Shown: piece after piece, positions 57,688-64,000 of the stretch
Numbering within the stretch: the first letter of the stretch is position 1
Layout: the number at the start of each line of letters is the position of its first letter
Assembly: GCA_038239305.1 (NCBI GenBank)
Contig: JBBSEW010000005.1
Location: 4,795-68,794, forward strand
From: Thermoanaerobaculia bacterium
Lineage (GTDB): Bacteria > Acidobacteriota > Thermoanaerobaculia > UBA5066 > Gp7-AA6
Reading direction: 5' to 3'
Length of the DNA: 64,000 nucleotides
Notes under the pieces: model-generated
Database searches by the model: none
The model's input: the letters and a program-made list of their open reading frames with translations, nothing else
What the model was told of the DNA's origin: nothing
Program-made: the position numbers and the translations under genes

Positions 57688-59552
57688 GGTCTCGACCGGA
57701 CCGGGCCGTACGGACCCTGCTTTTCGCGCCGCCACCACGCGCCCGTCGCGGCGCGGGTTCTCGGGTCCGTGAACCTGTAGTTCCACGACGTCGCTCGCAC
57801 GAATCGCGGCGGCGCGCCGGAAAACGGATTCGACGCGAAGAGGGCGAGAACCGGCGGGGATCCCTCGATCAGGCGGTCCTCGAGCTGCGCCACCCAGGGA
57901 TTCTCCTCTTCCGATCCGAGGGCGGCGAACCACATCTGCCAGTCGAGGCGGGGCTGATGCGGTGCCACGAAACCCGGACGCCGCAGCAGATCTCCCGGCT
58001 TCCACCGGAAGGCGTAACTCTTCCAGGTCTGGCCGTCTGCGCTTCCCTGGAGCTCGATCTCGGAACGCTGCGTGGTCATGACCGCGAAGAGGCCGTAGCC
58101 GTTGACGATCCGCAGCGGAGAGACCGTCCGCGCTGCGAACCGGACCGGGGACGGCCAAGCGAAGTTTCCGCCGAACGAGTCCGCGAAATGCACGACGCTG
58201 AGCGGCAGGACGATTGCCGCGGCCCCGGCGAGCGCGATGCGGCGACGGCGGCCTTGCGGGACGGGCGCTGCATCCGCATGTCCCTCCGGCCTCGAGACCC
58301 GGCGCCATCGATCGAAAACGCGGTCGTCGAGCAGGAGGATCGCCAGGAGGGCGGTGAGGAGATTGAAGAACGCGTAGTTGCCCGTCGCGGCGATGAATAC
58401 CTGCAGGGAGACGAGGCCGACGCAAGCGGCCCGGCGGACCCGAGGCGGCCCGAAGATCAGGAAGGGAACGCCGAGCTCGAAAGCGAAGAGCGCGAGAGTG
58501 AACGCGCGGTGGACGCCGGGCGGCCACTGATGCGCGAACCACGCCGTCCACGATGGAAGCGGCTGCGTTTCGAAGTGGAAGTCGAGTGCGGTGAGATGGC
58601 GCCATGTCGGATCGCCGCTCGAGAGCTTGACCACGCCGGACGTGAAATTCAGCCGGAACAGGAGCCATCGCAGCAGGAACAAGGCGATCCGGGACGGGCC
58701 CGGCGATGCCGCGGGAAATCGCGCGCGACGCGTCGCCGGAGCGAGCAGGAAGGCCAGAAACGCCGTCTCGACCAGGAGATAGTCCCACTGGTACGAGAAG
58801 AAGAGCTGACCCGCGACGGAGAGGGAAAGGTAGATCGCACCGCACACGGCGACGCAGGCCGCCGGATACATTCCGGCGAGGAGCAGGATCGAGGAAAGGG
58901 CTCCGGCGGCACAGAACACGTGGAGCGCGGCATCGCCCGAAGCGGCCCAGAGGAGCGTCGGCATCCACCAGAACCGCTCCAGGCCATATTGTCGTCCTCT
59001 CACCGCGTCGAGCAGAGGAGCGATCGGGAGGATCCCCTTCGACCCGATGAGCCCGTGGATCTGCACCCAGGCCGAGACAAACGCGGCCAGGAAAACGAGC
59101 CCGAGAAGGCGAAGGAAGATCGCGCTCGCGACCCCGAATCGAGGGCTCGAGACGTCCTTCCCCCAGAGCGCCCGGGTCACCGCCGACGCCGTCTGGCGGT
59201 GGCGTGCGACGGCGCCGTACAGCGCCTCGGATATCGCCGCCGCGCCGGGAATGTGGCGGTGAATCCAGAGCGGCGTAGGGCGTCCGGCCTGCGCGAGGGC
59301 CGCGAAGATCGCGTGCGCGCCCGAGAAAACGCGTCCGTCAGACAGGACGAGCTGCACCGAGCGGCGGAACTCCGAGCCCGGGATCTCCGGAAACCGGACG
59401 CCCGCTTCCTGGGAGGGAGCCACGTCGACCCGCCCGCGCAGCGCGCTCCGCCAGCGAGCGACCCAGGCCCGGCAGAATCCGCAGTTCCCGTCGAACAGAA
59501 GCAGCGGACGGGCCGGCGGGTTCGCCACCCGGAACGGAGTCGAAGGCTCCAT
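57684..59552 (-). CDS. fusion of DCC-type thiol-disulfide oxidoreductase (DUF393) and lipase-maturation-factor-like membrane domain
   Basis: N-terminal LLFDGNCGFCRAWV (DUF393/DCC); multi-TM LMF-like domain follows. Confidence 0.8.
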   Translation of the reverse strand: MEPSTPFRVANPPARPLLLFDGNCGFCRAWVARWRSALRGRVDVAPSQEAGVRFPEIPGSEFRRSVQLVLSDGRVFSGAHAIFAALAQAGRPTPLWIHRHIPGAAAISEALYGAVARHRQTASAVTRALWGKDVSSPRFGVASAIFLRLLGLVFLAAFVSAWVQIHGLIGSKGILPIAPLLDAVRGRQYGLERFWWMPTLLWAASGDAALHVFCAAGALSSILLLAGMYPAACVAVCGAIYLSLSVAGQLFFSYQWDYLLVETAFLAFLLAPATRRARFPAASPGPSRIALFLLRWLLFRLNFTSGVVKLSSGDPTWRHLTALDFHFETQPLPSWTAWFAHQWPPGVHRAFTLALFAFELGVPFLIFGPPRVRRAACVGLVSLQVFIAATGNYAFFNLLTALLAILLLDDRVFDRWRRVSRPEGHADAAPVPQGRRRRIALAGAAAIVLPLSVVHFADSFGGNFAWPSPVRFAARTVSPLRIVNGYGLFAVMTTQRSEIELQGSADGQTWKSYAFRWKPGDLLRRPGFVAPHQPRLDWQMWFAALGSEEENPWVAQLEDRLIEGSPPVLALFASNPFSGAPPRFVRATSWNYRFTDPRTRAATGAWWRREKQGPYGPVRSRP

Positions 59553-59605
59553 GAACGCAGTCTAAGCCGTGACCCCGCAAGCGACGGTTGCCATAGACTC
59601 TGGAC

Positions 59606-59923
59606 ATGCGCCGCGCCGCCGCCGCCGTTCTCCTGATCTGGGTTCTCGCGCCGATCGCGGGCGCCGCGCTTCCCACGGCCTCCGGAGGAATGCGAATGGA
59701 ATGCTGCGTTCGCATGGGCGACGCCTGCGAGTGCCGCGTGCTCGCCGGCATTTCCCGTTGTCCCGAGGGCCAGAGCCTGACGCCTCCCCGATTCGTCACG
59801 AGAGCGCTCGCTCCGGTGCCACAGTTCCCGGAAATCCGGGCAACCGGATTTCTGGCGAGCCTGCCGCGGCCGTCACCTTCCTCCTTCTCCCGGACGCCAA
59901 AGACTCCCCCTCCCCGCGGATAA
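59606..59923 (+). CDS. small secreted Cys-rich protein (105 aa)
   Basis: Signal peptide then MECCVRMGDACECRVLAGISRCPEG; proline-rich tail. Confidence 0.5.
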   Translation: MRRAAAAVLLIWVLAPIAGAALPTASGGMRMECCVRMGDACECRVLAGISRCPEGQSLTPPRFVTRALAPVPQFPEIRATGFLASLPRPSPSSFSRTPKTPPPRG

Positions 59924-59995
59924 CGCTCCGCGGGCGAGTCTCCGGCCGGGGTCGTCGCGACCTCCGTCCATTTCCGACATTCAAGGGGGAAGATC

Positions 59996-60937
59996 GTGCG
60001 TCACCTTCGACGGGTTCGCGGGCTGTCGTGTTTCGGTCTCCTGTTTCTGGCGGTGGCTCCTGTGGCGTGGGCCTGCTCCATATGCCGATGCGGGGATCCC
60101 ACCTTCAACGCTCTCGGCAACAACATCTACCAGTCGAACGAGTTTCACCTGGCGATCGACTGGGACCGCTTCCACAAGTCGCAAGGGATCGAGGAGGACG
60201 GCCGCTCCGGAACCGATCACGAGATCGAGAACCGGCTCACGGCGACGTTCTCCTACTCGATCGCGGAGCGAGTGGTCGTCGTGGCGCGGCTGCCCTACAG
60301 CTTCCGCGCTCTGACGACGACGCTCGCGGGCGGCGATTCCGAAAAGACGACGACCGACGGGTTGTCCGATCCGGAGATGTACGCGCTCGTCCGGCTCTGG
60401 TCCTCCGCGTTCGGTCCCGGCCTCGGGCGTCGAACGTGGATCTCGGCGGTTGCGGGAGTCAAGACGCGATGGGGGCAGAACGACGTCCGCAAGGATGGGG
60501 AAAGGGTCGACGAGCACGCGCAGCCCGGGACGGGCTCGACGGACGTTTTCGGCGGCCTCTCCGGGTTCTACCTGTTCAACGATCACTCCTCGGTCTTCGC
60601 TTCCGCTCAATATCGCGGGACCGGCCGGAACCGGTTCGGATACAAGTACGGCAACATCACCATGGCCAACCTCGCGTACGAGCTCAAGGTGGCAGAGCGC
60701 TTCGACACGGTCGTCGAGCTCAACTTCCGCCACTCACGGCGCGACGAGATCGACGGCACGGGGGAGCTCGATCCGAGCACGGGCGGCAACGTCCTCTACG
60801 TGACGCCCCGCGTAATTCTGCAGATCGCCCCGAAGCTGGTGGGACGGGTGGCCGTCCAGATCCCCGCCTGGAAGAATCTCTACGGCATTCAGACGGAACG
60901 GGTCAATTTCAACGCGGGCCTGACATTCCTCTTCTGA
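59996..60937 (+). CDS. outer-membrane beta-barrel protein with N-terminal CSICRCGD cysteine motif
   Basis: AGGGGGAAG SD before the GTG; signal peptide; alternating beta-strand pattern; C-terminal F. Confidence 0.7.
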   Translation: MRHLRRVRGLSCFGLLFLAVAPVAWACSICRCGDPTFNALGNNIYQSNEFHLAIDWDRFHKSQGIEEDGRSGTDHEIENRLTATFSYSIAERVVVVARLPYSFRALTTTLAGGDSEKTTTDGLSDPEMYALVRLWSSAFGPGLGRRTWISAVAGVKTRWGQNDVRKDGERVDEHAQPGTGSTDVFGGLSGFYLFNDHSSVFASAQYRGTGRNRFGYKYGNITMANLAYELKVAERFDTVVELNFRHSRRDEIDGTGELDPSTGGNVLYVTPRVILQIAPKLVGRVAVQIPAWKNLYGIQTERVNFNAGLTFLF

Positions 60938-60986
60938 TGGCGCCGGCCGGCATGCGCCCTCGTCCGGGGGGGCGTATGCTCGGTTC

Positions 60987-61367
60987 GTGGTCCGCATCTT
61001 CCGAGCCGCCGCCGCGCTCGTCGCCCTTTCGGCGGGCACGGCCACCGCGACGGCCCAGCAGCTTCCTCCGGGCCGCTGCGGAGCCGCGGCGATCTGTCAG
61101 CCGGCGGGTTTCCAGACGCTGTACGACGACGCGGGCGAAAGCGGATCGTTCTTCGGCCTGCGGATGCGGTTCGGAAACGGCTTCGAATTCGGCCTCGTCC
61201 GGCCTCCCGGCTGGTCGAACCCGTTCCCCGGGCAGGATCCCGTCACGGCAGCCGCCGACCTGTTCGTCCGGCGCCATCCGCTGAAGGCTTCCCGGCCGCC
61301 CCGCGGTCCCGCCGAGGCCCCCCGCCCGTCGGATCTTCGCGAAAACCCCGGCCCGCCCCCCTCGTAA
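60987..61367 (+). CDS. small secreted hypothetical protein
   Basis: Signal-like AAAALVALSAGTATATAQQ; start uncertain. Confidence 0.35.
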   Translation: MVRIFRAAAALVALSAGTATATAQQLPPGRCGAAAICQPAGFQTLYDDAGESGSFFGLRMRFGNGFEFGLVRPPGWSNPFPGQDPVTAAADLFVRRHPLKASRPPRGPAEAPRPSDLRENPGPPPS

Positions 61368-61412
61368 CAACGTCTCAGAGGATTTCCCTCTGACCCCATG
61401 CGAGGAGGTTCG

Positions 61413-62456
61413 ATGCGACGCTCGATCTTTCGTGCCCTTTCTCTGACCGCCTTTGTGGCCCTCTGCGCCGGATTTGCCCGGGCGCAGGTCCCGCTGACCC
61501 TCCCGGACGCGAGCCCGAAAGCCAGCGTGTCCCAGACGGTGGGGCTGACGGACATCACGATCTCGTATCACCGGCCAGCCGTGAACAAGCGCAAGGTGTG
61601 GGGCGAGCTCGTTCCTTACGGTGAGGTCTGGAGGGCGGGCGCGAACGAGAACACGACGATCACGTTCTCGTCGCCCGTCACGGTCGGAGGGAAGGCGCTG
61701 CCCGCGGGCACGTACGGTCTCCACATGGTTCCCGCGGCGGGCGAGTGGGCGATCGCTTTTTCGAACGAGCACAACGCCTGGGGAAGCTTCAGCTACGACG
61801 TCAAGGAAGACGCCGCCCGGATCCCGGCGACGGCGCGGCCGGCCGAGTTCGAGGAGCGCCTCTCGTACCGGTTCGAGGACCCGACGGACGCCGGCGTCAC
61901 CGCGGTGCTGCACTGGGAGAAACTGGAGGTTCCGTTCACGATCGGCGTCGACACGAAGGCCGTCGGTATGGCGAGCATTCGCGAACAGCTCCGCGGCCTC
62001 CCGCGTTTTTCGTGGCAGGGCTGGAACCAGGCCGCGAATTGGGCGCTCCGGAACGACGCCGTCGATCAAGGGATCGAATGGGCCGATCACTCACTCGGCA
62101 TGAGCGAGCAGTTTCCGAACCTCCAGACGAAGGCCGCGCTCCTCGAGAAGAAGGGGGACGCGAAGGCCGCTGCCGCGCTCCACGCGCGCGCGCTGAAGAT
62201 CGGCACCGAGGTCGACATCAACCTGTACGCCTACCAGCTCCTCGGACAGAAGAAGACGGACGAGGCGATCGCGATGTTCCAGAAGAACGTCAAGGACCAT
62301 CCGACATCCTGGAACGTGTACGACAGCCTGGCGGAGGGCTACGCGACGAAGGGCGACAAGAAGCTCGGGATCGACAACTACACCAAGGCGCTGGGAATGG
62401 CGCCGGCGGACCAGAAAAAGCGGATTACGGATGCGATCGCGAAGCTGAAAGCCTGA
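61413..62456 (+). CDS. secreted DUF2911 domain + TPR repeat protein
   Basis: GAGGAGG SD 5 nt before ATG 61413; signal peptide; DUF2911-like beta domain then TPR helices. Confidence 0.75.
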   Translation: MRRSIFRALSLTAFVALCAGFARAQVPLTLPDASPKASVSQTVGLTDITISYHRPAVNKRKVWGELVPYGEVWRAGANENTTITFSSPVTVGGKALPAGTYGLHMVPAAGEWAIAFSNEHNAWGSFSYDVKEDAARIPATARPAEFEERLSYRFEDPTDAGVTAVLHWEKLEVPFTIGVDTKAVGMASIREQLRGLPRFSWQGWNQAANWALRNDAVDQGIEWADHSLGMSEQFPNLQTKAALLEKKGDAKAAAALHARALKIGTEVDINLYAYQLLGQKKTDEAIAMFQKNVKDHPTSWNVYDSLAEGYATKGDKKLGIDNYTKALGMAPADQKKRITDAIAKLKA

Positions 62457-62466
62457 GGAAGGCGCA

Positions 62467-62660
62467 CGCGGATGTCGGGTGATCGAGTACGAATCGGGTG
62501 ATCCGGTGATCGGGTGATCGGGTGATCAAAGTGAAGAATCGGGTGAGGTGGGATCGAATGAGTATTCGAAGACCCTCCGCTTCCCGATCTTCACCTCACC
62601 CGATGGCCTTTGATGGATCACCCGATCACCCGATCATCCGATCACCCGATCTTTACTGGC
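62467..62660. repeat. ~190 bp imperfect palindrome built from GGGTGATC octamer tandem repeats (x ~5 per arm) around a TCGAATGAGTATTCGA centre
   Basis: Left arm gggtgatc repeats; right arm gatcaccc repeats as reverse complement; inner gggtgaggtg / cacctcaccc pair. Confidence 0.8.
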
Positions 62661-62702
62661 CGTCACAAAACCGTCATCCGCCCCCCATAGACTCGAAGCC
62701 CC

Positions 62703-63398
62703 ATGCCTCAACTTCCCCGCGTTCTGGTTGTCGAAGACGAGGCAAAGAGCGCCGCGACGCTGCGGCTCTATCTCGAGAAGAGCGGGTTCGAGGCCCGGGT
62801 CGCGCGAGACGGGGCGGAAGGGCTGTCGATCGCGCGTTCCTGGTCGCCCGACCTTCTCCTCCTGGACATCATGCTGCCGGAGGTCGATGGGCTGTCCATC
62901 TGCCGCGCGCTGCGGGCGGAGTCCGATGTGCCCATCCTCCTGCTGAGCGCCCGCACGACGGAGGAGGACCGTCTCCGGGGGCTCCGCCTCGGCGCCGACG
63001 ACTACGTGACGAAGCCATTCTCGCCGCGCGAGGTCGTCGCCCGCGTGCGCGCCATCCTGCGGCGGACGAAGGCCCCCGAGGAACGGGAGGACGAAATCCT
63101 CCGGAGCCTGTCACTGGAGATCACGATGTCGAACCGCGAGGCGCGGGTCCGAGGCCGTGTCGTGGATCTTCCGCCGGCGGAGTTCTCGCTCCTCGTCGCG
63201 CTCGCCCGATCACCCGGCCGCGTATTCAGCCGCGAGGAGCTCGTCGAACGGGCATTCGGTCCGGGATACGACGGCCTCGATCGCACGATCGACGCGCACG
63301 TCATGCGGCTGCGGCGGAAGATCGAGCAGGAAGGCCATCCAGCGCTGCTCGTGACTGTCTTCGGCGTCGGATACAAGCTCGCCGACTCCAACACCTGA
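62703..63398 (+). CDS. OmpR/PhoB-family response regulator
   Basis: Receiver domain (VLVVEDE, LLLLDIMLPEVDG, K in DDYVTKPF) plus winged-helix effector domain. Confidence 0.9.
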   Translation: MPQLPRVLVVEDEAKSAATLRLYLEKSGFEARVARDGAEGLSIARSWSPDLLLLDIMLPEVDGLSICRALRAESDVPILLLSARTTEEDRLRGLRLGADDYVTKPFSPREVVARVRAILRRTKAPEEREDEILRSLSLEITMSNREARVRGRVVDLPPAEFSLLVALARSPGRVFSREELVERAFGPGYDGLDRTIDAHVMRLRRKIEQEGHPALLVTVFGVGYKLADSNT

Positions 63399-64000
63399 TG
63401 CGGAGTCTGAGAGCCCGACTCCTGGCGGCCACCGCGGCGGTTCTGGCGGCTGTCCTGACCGCTCTGGCCCTCTTCTCCGCCCGGGTCACCCGGATCGAGT
63501 TCCATCGATTCGAGGATGTTCTCGTGACCGAGCGCGGCGAAACCCTGGTCTCGATCCAGCAGCTCCTGGAGGCCGCCTACCGGGCCGGCGGAGGCTGGAC
63601 CGGCGCGCCTTCGGCGGTCGAGCGCGCGGCCTCCCTCTCGCAGAAAGACGTCTTCGTTGTCGATCGGCAGGACGTCGTGATCGCGCGATCCGCGGGCATC
63701 GCTCATGCCGGAATCACGACGGAGGGCCCGTCTACGTTCCGGATCGAGTGGCACGATGGGCCGCCCAGACAACTTCTCCTGCGCGCTCCGGGGATGCCGA
63801 TCCGGGACGACGGCGGCCGCTCCGTCGGGCGTTTCTACGCGATCCCGCGCGACGCATCCCCCGCGAGGCCGCGTCGAGACTACGCCGGCGCGGTCAACCG
63901 GTGGCTGGCGAGCGCGGCCGCGGCCGCCGGCATCCTCGCGCTCTTCCTGATCGCAGCGCTTGCACGCCGTCTGTTCGGTCCGATCGAGTCGTTGACGGAT
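63398..64000 (+). CDS. sensor histidine kinase, N-terminal part (TM, periplasmic sensor, TM, start of HAMP); runs off the window end
   Basis: ATG overlaps the regulator stop (TGATG); not in the ORF table, because there is no stop codon within the window. Confidence 0.7.
   Translation, partial: MRSLRARLLAATAAVLAAVLTALALFSARVTRIEFHRFEDVLVTERGETLVSIQQLLEAAYRAGGGWTGAPSAVERAASLSQKDVFVVDRQDVVIARSAGIAHAGITTEGPSTFRIEWHDGPPRQLLLRAPGMPIRDDGGRSVGRFYAIPRDASPARPRRDYAGAVNRWLASAAAAAGILALFLIAALARRLFGPIESLTD

Noticed and set aside
1-64000. tRNA/rRNA genes, transposases, integrases, prophage genes
   Set aside because: No T-loop/cloverleaf candidates and no recombinase-like ORFs were seen. The window looks like core chromosome with small islets.

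Overview
High-GC (~68-70%) bacterial chromosomal segment, gene-dense on both strands, with many R/S-rich antisense shadow ORFs that I discarded. The gene content suggests an Acidobacteria-like Gram-negative, but this is an inference only. Supporting hints are a TonB-dependent receptor with a carboxypeptidase-regulatory-like N-terminus, several secreted DUF885, DUF4953 and DUF2911 proteins, and lipoprotein PLD paralogs. Recognisable genes include purD, a fused homocysteine-methyltransferase/MTHFR gene, glk, icd, pirin, serA and serC next to a DUF1015 gene, and a complete reductive pyrimidine/hydantoin catabolic cluster with an NCS1 permease. There is also a lipid-related cluster holding three cardiolipin-synthase/PLD paralogs, PlsC, a PLP decarboxylase, an SDR and a K+ channel, plus secreted metalloproteases and two two-component elements, one of which is frameshifted. 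I found no tRNA, rRNA, CRISPR array, transposase or integrase. The most unusual features are these. (i) At least nine distinct arrays of 7-14 nt perfect tandem repeats sit immediately 3' of stop codons or in short intergenic gaps. One of them forms a ~190 bp palindrome, and another is enclosed by a perfect 21 bp inverted repeat. (ii) An AT-rich islet encodes a 45-aa peptide, a 125-aa protein with weak sigma-70 region-2 resemblance and a 369-aa TPR-like protein, translationally coupled by a GTGA overlap. (iii) An apparently orphan HTH-WYL-WCX regulator is flanked by small secreted or membrane ORFs. Coordinates of starts that I re-assigned are approximate (+/- a few nt).
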